From positions 1 to 64,000 of IMG/VR virus record IMGVR_UViG_3300035681_000001: a stretch of DNA of 64,000 bases. One strand, given 5' to 3'. A program made the position numbers and the translations under genes. This stretch comes from a virus. Below, in pieces: positions 54,072-63,237 of the stretch. Every line of letters begins with the position of its first letter. The first letter of the stretch is position 1. The notes under the pieces are model-generated. The model was not told the DNA's origin, searched no databases, and was given only the letters and a program-made list of their open reading frames with translations.

Positions 54072-54864
54072 ATACTATTTGTATGTAGAGCCACAAACTC
54101 GCATACTAGCCGGCCCGGTGTCAGTATGCGGGTTGTACGCACCTGAGCTACTACCTACCACTCACCCTAAAAAGTGGGTAGACGAGGCTTTGGCTGATCA
54201 TAAGCTCTACTTTGTTCATTATTACGTATGGCCCGACGAGTTAAACTTTGATACCTTACAACGCAGAACAGAAGCTGTGTGCGCTCGGTTGTTCTTTCAG
54301 TCTCAAACCAGAGCCACATATCACCGTTTAGTTAAAGACGTACCATACTCCTACAACTACGCTATTTATTACGAGCACTGCCCGGCACACTACCGTGTAG
54401 CCGCTTATTTATGCCACCGGTACCGGGTAAACTTAGTCACCACACACTACGCACTAGTTTACCCAGAGTACTCTCTAACCAAACACTGGGGCTATCGCAG
54501 TAGCCTGCACCTAGAAGAAATACTGGTCCACGGACCTCGAACAGACTTTCACCACTTAGGGTTAAAAGAAACCCTAACTGAATATTGGTTAGGTCAAATA
54601 CTAAGCGGTAATCCTAAGTATTTAGCAAAACCATACCCACCTAAGTGGTGGGGATCCGAACCCTTTGGGGATACTGTAAGTCACTTAATGCAGCTTAGCG
54701 GTACTCCAGAACATCAAGCTTGGGTAAGGGACGAGACCACCCTACTTAAAAACAACAAAGCAAAGCTTAACGAAAAGAAAATCCGTCGTAGGTTGTTACT
54801 GCACCAATGGCAAAGTATTCAGAAAAACTTAATAGTTTGTGGGCCGCCCAACCTGCCTCACTAA
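54064..54864 (+). CDS. hypothetical protein
   Basis: 266 aa, Tyr/His-rich. Confidence 0.7.
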   Translation: MPKYYLYVEPQTRILAGPVSVCGLYAPELLPTTHPKKWVDEALADHKLYFVHYYVWPDELNFDTLQRRTEAVCARLFFQSQTRATYHRLVKDVPYSYNYAIYYEHCPAHYRVAAYLCHRYRVNLVTTHYALVYPEYSLTKHWGYRSSLHLEEILVHGPRTDFHHLGLKETLTEYWLGQILSGNPKYLAKPYPPKWWGSEPFGDTVSHLMQLSGTPEHQAWVRDETTLLKNNKAKLNEKKIRRRLLLHQWQSIQKNLIVCGPPNLPH

Positions 54865-55253
54865 ACACCCTACAAAAACTATTAAGGATAGACCGATTAG
54901 CCTGTCTAGAACTAGAAGACGACGTAGCGTTTAATCACAACTTTAACGCTAACTGGTTTTTCGTCTTAATGATCCACTTGCTAGACACCTACTTAACACT
55001 AGGTTTAGATCCTACTGAACCACTAGTTAAAGAAATAACCACACACCACGTTTACCGTTTCCAGCGTGCGACAATCTTAAACACAGATCCTGAAGGTAAG
55101 TACCAACGTCTACTACACTATACTGTTCTCAGAGCAAAGCTTAGAGGACTAGTTGACAATTTACTTGGGTCTGGATCAGTCTCTAAACAACACCGGAATA
55201 GCAGTGAGCAACGGGAAGCAGACTGTAGTAACCCTGCAGAAATCTCCTGTTAA
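54807..55253 (+). CDS. hypothetical protein
   Basis: 148 aa, overlapping both neighbours. Confidence 0.6.
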   Translation: MAKYSEKLNSLWAAQPASLNTLQKLLRIDRLACLELEDDVAFNHNFNANWFFVLMIHLLDTYLTLGLDPTEPLVKEITTHHVYRFQRATILNTDPEGKYQRLLHYTVLRAKLRGLVDNLLGSGSVSKQHRNSSEQREADCSNPAEISC

Positions 55254-55716
55254 ATTGACTGAACTGGAAAAGCTATATGAACTAGAGCTCCTACTGCAGA
55301 ACTTGATCCAAGTACTAAAGCCTAAAAGGATCTACTTAGAACAAGTCTATTACGTGCGCTTCAGGATCAAGTCAGCACTTTCTTTGCTACGGGTAGAGAC
55401 TACCTTGAAACTAGTGTGCTTACGAGAAAACGTGGAATGCACCAGTCTGTCAGCCAACCCCAAAGAAGCTGACTCATGGCCCAAGCTCATAGGAGCTACT
55501 AGCACTAAAGAAGCCACCGCAAAACTGTTCCTACCTAAGCTGAACGACGATTCCACCACAGACCACGAAACTGATGCTTTAGGTATCCTTTATGCAGGCA
55601 TAATAAAAGACACTACACGCACTAAAACTGGTATGATGAGGGCGCCAATCATAAGGATCAATGCCCGAGACTTTAGAAAAGACCCCGGATCAGTCACAAA
55701 CTGTTTCCTACAGTAG
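55153..55716 (+). CDS. RuvC-like Holliday junction resolvase
   Basis: YLGLDQSLNNTG, IYLE and DHETDALGI (RNase H fold catalytic residues). Confidence 0.8.
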   Translation: MTIYLGLDQSLNNTGIAVSNGKQTVVTLQKSPVKLTELEKLYELELLLQNLIQVLKPKRIYLEQVYYVRFRIKSALSLLRVETTLKLVCLRENVECTSLSANPKEADSWPKLIGATSTKEATAKLFLPKLNDDSTTDHETDALGILYAGIIKDTTRTKTGMMRAPIIRINARDFRKDPGSVTNCFLQ

Positions 55717-56818
55717 ATTGTCTGCTTACCTAGAATGCCCTCAAAAATACCGTAACAAATACGTTGATCGACTGCCCGTCACACAACCTCTAGAAGACTA
55801 CTTTCTTAAGGGCACCTTAAGTCACCGGATCCTAGAAGAGTACCTACAAGGCGCCACTATCGAAGACGCTACTAATCTAATCCTCCCTGATTGGGTGGTA
55901 AATAACTGCCTGATCCCTTTGGGTGCAACTAACGATACTGAAGACCTATATGAGCTAGCTGACTCCAGCGGGTTAGATTTTGACTTACTGGAACGTTACG
56001 TACATCCCACAGCTGAACTGTTGTACAGGTGCTCAGCTAACTACTCAGGTGATGAGCCCATTCGGAAAAATGATGGTTCAGTACCAGCAGACCCACTAGC
56101 GTATCCACCTTCACAATTCAAAAGAGAGTACGAACGACAGCACCTACACTTACTAAAAGCAGAACTAGACACCCAAGCAGCTCAAGCTTCTGTTGCTTTC
56201 AGGCGCTTTTCACTGGCAGATACTGCAGCTATTGCACTGTCTTACGTAGTAGGCTTCAAAGTGCCTGAATACGTAGATCATACCGTAGCAGTAGAATTTG
56301 ATCTGTCAAAAGCCAAAACCGTTTGGGATGTAGACGAATACTGGAACGGGGCTATTGACTGGGTGTTTAAGATGAAAAACGGAGCTACGGTGATTTGTGA
56401 TCACAAATCAGAAAAAAGAAAACCGTTAGGAATCGAAGTACTATTCCACTCACAACTTAATCTTTACGCTCACCTTTACTACGAACAAACAGGAATACTA
56501 GCCGATTACCTAGCAATCAATCATCTGCCGTCAGGAGAACTCGTACTAGCCAAAGTAGACATAGACGTAGTTCAGCAGAACTATTTGTATTGGCTGTCAG
56601 TACGAGACAAAATCAAAAGCGACCGTAATAGCAACCAATGGACAAAGCAACTGCCTACCAAATACAACTCCCCATGTGTACGTAGACACTGGAAAAGCAA
56701 CGCCTTAACACAAGTTTGTCCTCACCTTACTAGCTGCTGGCCTCAGTATGCAGAATACCTAGGGGTAGAACTGGAGCCTTTCTTAAACGAACAATCCTTG
56801 CAAAATGCCGGTATCTAG
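55661..56818 (+). CDS. RecB/Cas4-like PD-(D/E)xK exonuclease
   Basis: SYSRL..Y.ECP..Y, GT..H..LE, G.ID, D.KS and QL.LYA motifs, plus C-terminal cysteines. Confidence 0.85.
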   Translation: MPETLEKTPDQSQTVSYSRLSAYLECPQKYRNKYVDRLPVTQPLEDYFLKGTLSHRILEEYLQGATIEDATNLILPDWVVNNCLIPLGATNDTEDLYELADSSGLDFDLLERYVHPTAELLYRCSANYSGDEPIRKNDGSVPADPLAYPPSQFKREYERQHLHLLKAELDTQAAQASVAFRRFSLADTAAIALSYVVGFKVPEYVDHTVAVEFDLSKAKTVWDVDEYWNGAIDWVFKMKNGATVICDHKSEKRKPLGIEVLFHSQLNLYAHLYYEQTGILADYLAINHLPSGELVLAKVDIDVVQQNYLYWLSVRDKIKSDRNSNQWTKQLPTKYNSPCVRRHWKSNALTQVCPHLTSCWPQYAEYLGVELEPFLNEQSLQNAGI

Positions 56819-57635
56819 AGGCGAGTTATATCAATACTTATCAAAGCGAGTGGGCATATCCAAAGCCACAGCTAAAGACTGCCTAACCGCTTTGAGTGAG
56901 TACACTGCTATCCAACTAGGTGAAGGCTTAAAAGTCACGTTACCTGGTATCGGTGTACTCAGCCGAACAAAAGTAAACCAGCGAGCCCGATTAAAAATAA
57001 CCACGGGCTCAGTGTTGTCTAAATACCTAAGCCTAGCTCGTCCGTTAAAACGAGAATACTTCTTAAAACACGGGTTAAAGCCACCTACCAGACTTACTCA
57101 ATTTGATCGCTGGATAAACCAAGCAGGTACTGCTTACTTAGCTCAGGTTTCTAAAAACCCCTTAAGTACGAAGTGGTTTAATACCGTCCACTTTAGTCTG
57201 TTGGCTTACTTGCAGTCCTCATTTATTTGGGGGCACGTTTGGGTGCACCCTATAAGCCATGAAACGTTTAGTGCGGACTTAATAAAAACCAAACTAGTAG
57301 CCTACCAACACATCGACTTAGACTCCTACCAAAAACTGTTCCTAGTATGGATTAACTTAAACGATCGGCACCGCACAGCTGAGTCTTTCGGCTGGTCTGA
57401 GCAGGTGTTGTACGAAGGGTGGAAAAAAGCTCTTAACGGCCTGTTACTACTGTTACTGTTCCCAGAGCTAGATCCTATACTTGGAGAAATCCTAATTCAA
57501 GATGTACGACCTAGACCAAGAGAAAGTGGCCCTGGAACGCGCTCAAAGCGCCATGGCCTTTATCGAACAACTGGAATTTATAACTCATTCTTTAGAAGCA
57601 ATCAAGAACAGCGCTCCACTGACACTACATGCTGA
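56805..57635 (+). CDS. HU/IHF-like domain fused to an unknown C-terminal domain
   Basis: ELYQYLSKRVGISKATAKDCL......L.EG..V.LPGIG.L is an HU N-terminal pattern. Confidence 0.6.
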   Translation: MPVSRGELYQYLSKRVGISKATAKDCLTALSEYTAIQLGEGLKVTLPGIGVLSRTKVNQRARLKITTGSVLSKYLSLARPLKREYFLKHGLKPPTRLTQFDRWINQAGTAYLAQVSKNPLSTKWFNTVHFSLLAYLQSSFIWGHVWVHPISHETFSADLIKTKLVAYQHIDLDSYQKLFLVWINLNDRHRTAESFGWSEQVLYEGWKKALNGLLLLLLFPELDPILGEILIQDVRPRPRESGPGTRSKRHGLYRTTGIYNSFFRSNQEQRSTDTTC

Positions 57636-58221
57636 GCTAGAAGCAGTAATAACTAGAAGCCGAGCGGTTTACGCTATGGTAAACGATTCAGAAGTAGAGT
57701 TCGATATAGTGGCTGAGCGTCGGAATTTATCAACTCAGTCTTTATCCAAGATAGAACGGCTCGGTCTAGGTAAAGAGATCGTACGTTTAAGACTGGAAAA
57801 CCGACTGAACATAAAAGAAATAGCCGAGAAGTTCAGCTTATCTACAGCTACCATCAGTCAGTTCCTGAAGGTCTACGATCAAGCTAAACCTGACGAACAA
57901 GCTAAAATGCGCCGTACTAGTATCTTTGATACAGGCGAGCAATACGAGCGGCTGGGTGTTAAGTTGGACCTTTTGTTCGCACAAGTCCAAAGCTCAGATC
58001 AGCAAGTTAGCGTACAAGTATTAGGAGAGATGCGTAAAACCATCGAGTCAGCCGAACGGTTCATGACTAAATACTCAGAAAGGGAAAAAATGGAGCGTGT
58101 GCTGTTGATTATTCAAGAAATACTACAAACAGAACTCCCAGAACGTAGGGTAGAAGTCATGAAAAGGTTCGCAGCTTTAGGTCTGAAAGGAGCCACACCA
58201 GCTTCTTCTTTAGCCGTTTAA
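57502..58221 (+). CDS. HTH-containing helical protein
   Basis: LNIKEIAEKFSLSTATISQFL HTH. Confidence 0.7.
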   Translation: MYDLDQEKVALERAQSAMAFIEQLEFITHSLEAIKNSAPLTLHAELEAVITRSRAVYAMVNDSEVEFDIVAERRNLSTQSLSKIERLGLGKEIVRLRLENRLNIKEIAEKFSLSTATISQFLKVYDQAKPDEQAKMRRTSIFDTGEQYERLGVKLDLLFAQVQSSDQQVSVQVLGEMRKTIESAERFMTKYSEREKMERVLLIIQEILQTELPERRVEVMKRFAALGLKGATPASSLAV

Positions 58222-58290
58222 AACGATAAATACAAGATTTTTGTTGCTGTGCAAAGCACGGTAGTCTATTCTTACGTCAAGGTTCAGCAG

Positions 58291-59922
58291 ATGCCCAGCA
58301 AGTTGATTGCAATGACAGGTCGTGTTTCTTCTTGGTTAGAAGACCCACGTTTTACTCTACCTGTTAGCTGCACAGTATTTAAAGTAGAAGACAAAATGGC
58401 GGGTCGAGACGGCATTCGAGATTCGTGGGACTTTGCTTCTTACGCAATCGGTAACGCCGCTGGAGCAGCAATACACCTGAGTAGTATTAGGGAAAAAGGC
58501 AACGTAAATGCAGCTGGGTTAGTAGCCTCCGGCCCTATGTCTTTTGGAGAGATTTTCTCTACTATCAATAAAATCATTCGTAGGGGTGGTATCTACAAAA
58601 ACGGTGCTATCGTACTGCACCTAGACCTAACACACCCAGATCACCTACATTTCATTAAAGGTTACGATGAAACAGATGAAACCTTAAAGCAACTATCTAA
58701 GTCTCGTAAAGAATGTGATGAAATAAGCGCCATCCTTGAAAGCGTTCAAGGAGAAGAAGTAGAAATTGAGGGAGAAGTCTATACTCTAGAAGAAGCTCAA
58801 GAAGCATTTAAACTTCTTAAGGAAAATCTCAAACAACTAGAAAACCAAGCTCTGTCTGAATCACGCCGTACTTACGCTTGGGTTAAACGCTGTTTGAACG
58901 TAGAGCCTAATTGGTTGGAAACCACACCACCTGACACTATTACAGAAATCCTTAAAGCTATCGCTCGTGGTGACTTATGGCTTAATAAGATTCGTTATGA
59001 CGAATCAGGTGAGCGTCTTTACGCTAATGTTTGCCTAGAAGTGTACCTGAAGCACCGAGGTACTTGTTTGCTGATGCACGGTAACTTAGGTCAAGCTGAA
59101 GTAGGTGCACCTGATTCTCAAGGTAAGTTTGATCATAACCTAGTAGCTATGTATCGTGAAGGAGCCACGTTGCTGTGCGACTTGCACGCTAAAACTGGAG
59201 TGGGTAATTCTGGTTATTACCTGCCTGCTGAGACAGATCGTCAAGTAGGCTTCGGGCTCATTGGTTTGGCTAATTTTCTGAGCTATCATGAAGTCAGCTA
59301 TAAGGATTTCGGCCGGGCTCTCAAGAGAGTCAATGACGGCGAAACCGTGGACGTAGACTCAACAGCTAACAGACTTGCACTAGCCCTTAAGCAAGGTGTG
59401 GAAGCAGGTGCTGAAATCTTCCGAGCCAACCGTATGGAGCGTGGCTTTGCTATTGCTCCTACTGCTACTTGTTCTTACCGTTACCGAGACCTCAAAGGGT
59501 TTACTACTACACCTGAAATTGCTCCTCCAATCAACCGTCTAGTTGATCGAGATTCAGGTACTTTTGGTGTGGAAACTTATGATTACGGTAGCGTTGAAAC
59601 TGCGGCAGAAGTAGGCTGGGAAGATTATTTTGCTGTTGCTAATGAAGTAGTACGCTTACACCAAGCTACTGGACTATTCCACGGATACTCTTTCAACAGC
59701 TGGTCAGACGTAGTTACGTATGACCTGGATTTCTTAAAAGCCTGGAACGACTCACCACAAACGAGTTTGTACTATGCCCTACAAGTAAGCCCAGACACCT
59801 TACGTAAAGACGACGCCTTGGTCTCATTAGACGAAGACTTCCGGTCTCTGTTTGGCTTTGATGAAGAACCCGCCGCCTGCAGCCTAACTCCTGGTAGTAT
59901 TTGTAGTTCCTGCGGAGAATGA
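58291..59922 (+). CDS. nrdA: ribonucleotide reductase large subunit, cyanophage type
   Basis: RTGRV-like start, PVSCTVF.VED, RRGG.YKNGA, N(V)CLE, AIAPTATCSY and TSLYY motifs. Start at ATG 58291. Confidence 0.9.
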   Translation: MPSKLIAMTGRVSSWLEDPRFTLPVSCTVFKVEDKMAGRDGIRDSWDFASYAIGNAAGAAIHLSSIREKGNVNAAGLVASGPMSFGEIFSTINKIIRRGGIYKNGAIVLHLDLTHPDHLHFIKGYDETDETLKQLSKSRKECDEISAILESVQGEEVEIEGEVYTLEEAQEAFKLLKENLKQLENQALSESRRTYAWVKRCLNVEPNWLETTPPDTITEILKAIARGDLWLNKIRYDESGERLYANVCLEVYLKHRGTCLLMHGNLGQAEVGAPDSQGKFDHNLVAMYREGATLLCDLHAKTGVGNSGYYLPAETDRQVGFGLIGLANFLSYHEVSYKDFGRALKRVNDGETVDVDSTANRLALALKQGVEAGAEIFRANRMERGFAIAPTATCSYRYRDLKGFTTTPEIAPPINRLVDRDSGTFGVETYDYGSVETAAEVGWEDYFAVANEVVRLHQATGLFHGYSFNSWSDVVTYDLDFLKAWNDSPQTSLYYALQVSPDTLRKDDALVSLDEDFRSLFGFDEEPAACSLTPGSICSSCGE

Positions 59923-60653
59923 TGTCTAACTCTAAGTCGCCTTATTTCCAAGTTCTGTCCCGCAAAAGGTCGTGGGCCCCCGTGGCTATCCAACGACAAG
60001 CACTCAAACCAGGTGCTGAAGAATCTATCTACCGAGCTCTGGCGCTAAGGTGCCTGGAGCTGCCGGTAAAAGAATTCTTAGCCCAAGGTCTTAAAGGTGA
60101 ATTGCCCAAAACACCAGGAGTAATAGAAATCCTAGAGTCCAATCAAGCCGATGAAGATCGGCACGACTTGGCTTTTGAGTACGCTATCCAAGCACATGGC
60201 ACAGACTTTAAGTCTGAAAAAGAAGCACAACACATCCTTAAGACTATGCTTGAGGATCCTTCACACCCAATCCTTAAGGCAGCTATTTTAGAGCGTTCAG
60301 TGTTCTTTGTGTTGCTGCCCTTTTACCGCTATAACGGTGACAAAGGATTACGCACTATTGCTAATGACATTTCTAGGGACGAACAAACACACGTAACCTC
60401 ACACCACATGATCTGTAAAGAACTAGGTGTGAAGCCATCCGCGTCTCTAAACCGTCTACGCCGTGCAATCGTAGCGTGGGTTATGGAACCTCTAGAATCC
60501 ACTGACAACAAGTGGCAGTCTAAAGACTTCTGGCTTAAGCAATCAGATGAGCTTTATTCTAAAGGTGTAGCTTCTGGCCTAGCAGCTACTAACGCCTCTG
60601 CAATGCCGGCGTTCTTTGAATCGTCAAATACTAATCTACCAAGCTACGCTTGA
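59919..60653 (+). CDS. nrdB: ferritin-like RNR small subunit
   Basis: DEDRHD...LER.VFF...DISRDE..HV dimetal pattern, with an ATGA overlap to the large subunit. Confidence 0.8.
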   Translation: MMSNSKSPYFQVLSRKRSWAPVAIQRQALKPGAEESIYRALALRCLELPVKEFLAQGLKGELPKTPGVIEILESNQADEDRHDLAFEYAIQAHGTDFKSEKEAQHILKTMLEDPSHPILKAAILERSVFFVLLPFYRYNGDKGLRTIANDISRDEQTHVTSHHMICKELGVKPSASLNRLRRAIVAWVMEPLESTDNKWQSKDFWLKQSDELYSKGVASGLAATNASAMPAFFESSNTNLPSYA

Positions 60654-60659
60654 CAACAC

Positions 60660-60685
60660 CCCCTGGGTAGCCCCAGGGGTTTTTT
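60660..60685 (+). terminator. intrinsic terminator
   Basis: CCCCTGGG-TAGC-CCCAGGGG-TTTTTT after nrdB. Confidence 0.8.
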
Positions 60686-60697
60686 AATGCTCGAACC

Positions 60698-61225
60698 ATG
60701 CAAGTCAAAGTCTTAAACGACGCCCAACTGGCTACACAAGTCTTTACCGAAGACTCACTAGTAATTTGTATAGTAGATCCAGAAGAAGCAATCCCTGATG
60801 CTATAGGGTCAGACGACTCTACTGCAACTAACGTACTGTTTTTAGACTTTAAAGATCAAAATCCAGAAACCCAAGAACAGTTTGATGACTACGAGTCACA
60901 CTTTAATTTAGAAGAAGTTACTGAAGTCCTACAAAGTCTAGAGGACCCTTCAATAGATGTAACTTACGTCTATTCCACGCAAACTACAGCTAGGGCTCTA
61001 GCAGTAGCTGCCGGGTTACTAAGTGCTACAGAAAAAGACTGTAAAGAAGTAATGTACCAGATCGTCAGTCAAGATCCTACTACTCATCCTAACTACTGGG
61101 TAGTAGCAATGTTTGACTACATGCTAGGGTTATCCGGTAAACTCACCACCGCTGCTGATGACTACCTAGCTACTGGACAAGTAATCAGTAAAACTGGACA
61201 AGTCATTAGTGGTGTAAGTCAGTAG
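60698..61225 (+). CDS. acidic protein-tyrosine-phosphatase-like protein with Cys-to-Ser at the P-loop
   Basis: ICIVDP...LFLDF.D...VYSTQTTARALAVA...PN..VV..FD..LG follows the predicted-PTP pattern, with Sx5R in place of Cx5R. Confidence 0.55.
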   Translation: MQVKVLNDAQLATQVFTEDSLVICIVDPEEAIPDAIGSDDSTATNVLFLDFKDQNPETQEQFDDYESHFNLEEVTEVLQSLEDPSIDVTYVYSTQTTARALAVAAGLLSATEKDCKEVMYQIVSQDPTTHPNYWVVAMFDYMLGLSGKLTTAADDYLATGQVISKTGQVISGVSQ

Positions 61226-61401
61226 TGTACTCACTAAATCGGTACGCTTACACGTGCCACCACTGGTTAGCTCACCAACTAGGTACCAACCAAGGTGAAG
61301 TAGTTACTTGGTGGGTCAACGACCATTTAATGGTAGGGTTTAAGTGTGAATGCGGTAAAGTATTGGGTACCCACGAATGCACTTCAGTCCCTAAACCTTA
61401 A
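61225..61401 (+). CDS. small hypothetical protein (58 aa, CxC and His motifs)
   Basis: Not in the ORF track. MYSLNRYAYTCHHWLAHQLGTNQGEVVTWWVNDHLMVGFKCECGKVLGTHECTSVPKP. Confidence 0.55.
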   Translation: MYSLNRYAYTCHHWLAHQLGTNQGEVVTWWVNDHLMVGFKCECGKVLGTHECTSVPKP

Positions 61402-61562
61402 TGAGATTCCGTACCCCCACCAAACTAGAACTTTTCATTGATGGGTTTCATTACATTTGTTCAGCTCTAGAGCATCGTAACCAAACCAACAACTGGAGCC
61501 GTAACGTGGCTTTTTGGCAAGACTTAAATGTCGGGTGGTACGATATGTATATTTTAGATTAA
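61401..61562 (+). CDS. small hypothetical protein (53 aa)
   Basis: Not in the ORF track. TAATG overlap with the preceding ORF. Confidence 0.5.
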   Translation: MRFRTPTKLELFIDGFHYICSALEHRNQTNNWSRNVAFWQDLNVGWYDMYILD

Positions 61563-61595
61563 CGGACACACTACGTAGTAACCTTTGGGATTTGT

Positions 61596-62075
61596 ATGAC
61601 TAACAGCTCAGTTGATGGCCAGTATTCAGACCCTCTTTTTTCAGTTCCTTTTGTTACTCTAGGACTAGTACAAGACGTAAGTGAATTGCGAGTTATTGTA
61701 CATAGTAAGACTGGGTTCAAATATACCTACACAGCTGAATATAACTTCAAAGTAGGAAGAGAGCTGGTTATAGCTAGTGTGAATCTAAGGTCTAAAAGTC
61801 CATTTACCGGATCGCAACAGTTTTTGGCAGAGCGGCGCATTAGTGAGTCTCGTGCGAACCTACTAAACGCAGTAAAAGCATACCAAAACCCTAAAGTAAC
61901 ACCTCAAGATAGCTTTGATGAGATGGTAAGTAGGCTTGCAGTGAAAACTCAACTTAGTAGGACCGAAGTTCTCCAGAGTGCTGTAAATTTGTACTCCTCA
62001 TGGAGCACTAAAAGGTGGGATCAATGGTGTGCAGAAAATCCAGGTGCTCAAGAATGTAAAATGTATGACGTATGA
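61596..62075 (+). CDS. protein with a CP12-like C-terminal motif
   Basis: Ends WCAENPGAQECKMYDV (C-x8-C-xx-YD), preceded by an RHH-like segment. Confidence 0.65.
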   Translation: MTNSSVDGQYSDPLFSVPFVTLGLVQDVSELRVIVHSKTGFKYTYTAEYNFKVGRELVIASVNLRSKSPFTGSQQFLAERRISESRANLLNAVKAYQNPKVTPQDSFDEMVSRLAVKTQLSRTEVLQSAVNLYSSWSTKRWDQWCAENPGAQECKMYDV

Positions 62076-62268
62076 TACTGGTTACCTAAAAGAACGTATA
62101 GGCGGTGGAAATCCTTACTGCCGCTGTGCATACTGTAAAGTATCAGATCCACAAATTAACGGAGAACTAGAAAACCATGCTGATTGGTGTGAATATAAAC
62201 AACGAAAGCTACTTGAGCAAAAAGTAGAACTCCTAAAACTTGATTACCAAGTAGAAAGAAAAAAGTAG
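62029..62268 (+). CDS. small Zn-finger-like protein
   Basis: C.CAYC...H..WC.Y pattern. Confidence 0.55.
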   Translation: MQKIQVLKNVKCMTYDTGYLKERIGGGNPYCRCAYCKVSDPQINGELENHADWCEYKQRKLLEQKVELLKLDYQVERKK

Positions 62269-62325
62269 TAAAGAATAATATAAAGTACACATAGTAGAAA
62301 AACTAGTTACCCAAACCCAAACCTC

Positions 62326-62724
62326 ATGCATCTAGATGGTATTGCCTCAGTTCCTAAAACCCCTACAAACCTTGATTTAACAGCTAATAACAGATTTACT
62401 GTTCCTGTAACAGTAGTACTGTCGGCTGTTGACGAGCTGAAATTACACAAGTTCTTAAACCTACACTACTTAGGTGATGAAGAAGCAAATGAGCTGATAA
62501 CCTGCGATAACCAACCATATGGTTTGTACCCTAAATACCCTGAAAAAGAGACAGACGACTTTAAAGCCGCCGTTAACCGTATTTGCCAGGAGCACACAGT
62601 TAACCTAGTAGTAACGTATGACGTACTAGGAAAGGCCACTTTTGAACTTGAAAACCCTAACCTAAAGGAGTATCACACGAAATGCTCACTAAAAGAAATC
62701 AAACCCGCTACAAAAAAAGTGTAA
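62326..62724 (+). CDS. hypothetical protein
   Basis: 132-aa ORF. Confidence 0.65.
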   Translation: MHLDGIASVPKTPTNLDLTANNRFTVPVTVVLSAVDELKLHKFLNLHYLGDEEANELITCDNQPYGLYPKYPEKETDDFKAAVNRICQEHTVNLVVTYDVLGKATFELENPNLKEYHTKCSLKEIKPATKKV

Positions 62725-62750
62725 ACTACCACTAGTTTGTACTTACCTCT

Positions 62751-62945
62751 ATGACCTCAGAGTTCCCCGGCGTCTACGAGTTGCTAATCCGCGAGCCTAA
62801 AGGTTCCGCACCTAAAACACTAGTAATAACCTACGTCAATAACTCCAATCCTGGTTCAGTAATTACCTACAAAGGAATAGATTACACAGTAATAAACCGT
62901 TCTGGTTTGCCGCCTACTGGTCAGCTGCTGTTGCGCCGGATTTAA
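62751..62945 (+). CDS. hypothetical protein
   Basis: 64-aa ORF. Confidence 0.55.
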   Translation: MTSEFPGVYELLIREPKGSAPKTLVITYVNNSNPGSVITYKGIDYTVINRSGLPPTGQLLLRRI

Positions 62946-62986
62946 TCCGTAGGTTACCTTAGACAACCTAACTATTTACCACCCTA

Positions 62987-63232
62987 ATGTTAAACTACTG
63001 TCTAAGCTACTTAGTGCTTACGTGGGCTGTAGCTTATGGTTTTTGGATCGCTATAGGCCGCACTAGTTTAGTATATGCAAACGACAGAAAAGCACTACGG
63101 GCATTAATATGCTTGGTTGGAAGTTTAATGTGGCCACTAGGTGCTTTGTGGGCTACAACATACGGAACAACTAAAGTCTTAAGCTGCGGATGTGATAAAT
63201 TATTTGAGTTAACAGTCAAACTCTTAGACTAA
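62987..63232 (+). CDS. small membrane protein
   Basis: 81 aa with two hydrophobic segments and a WP motif. Confidence 0.6.
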   Translation: MLNYCLSYLVLTWAVAYGFWIAIGRTSLVYANDRKALRALICLVGSLMWPLGALWATTYGTTKVLSCGCDKLFELTVKLLD

Positions 63233-63237
63233 AGCTA

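Noticed and set aside
58291-59922. Calling the RNR a class II (NrdJ) enzyme
   Set aside because: A ferritin-like beta-subunit gene is translationally coupled downstream. Similar cyanophage RNRs have been reinterpreted as class I.
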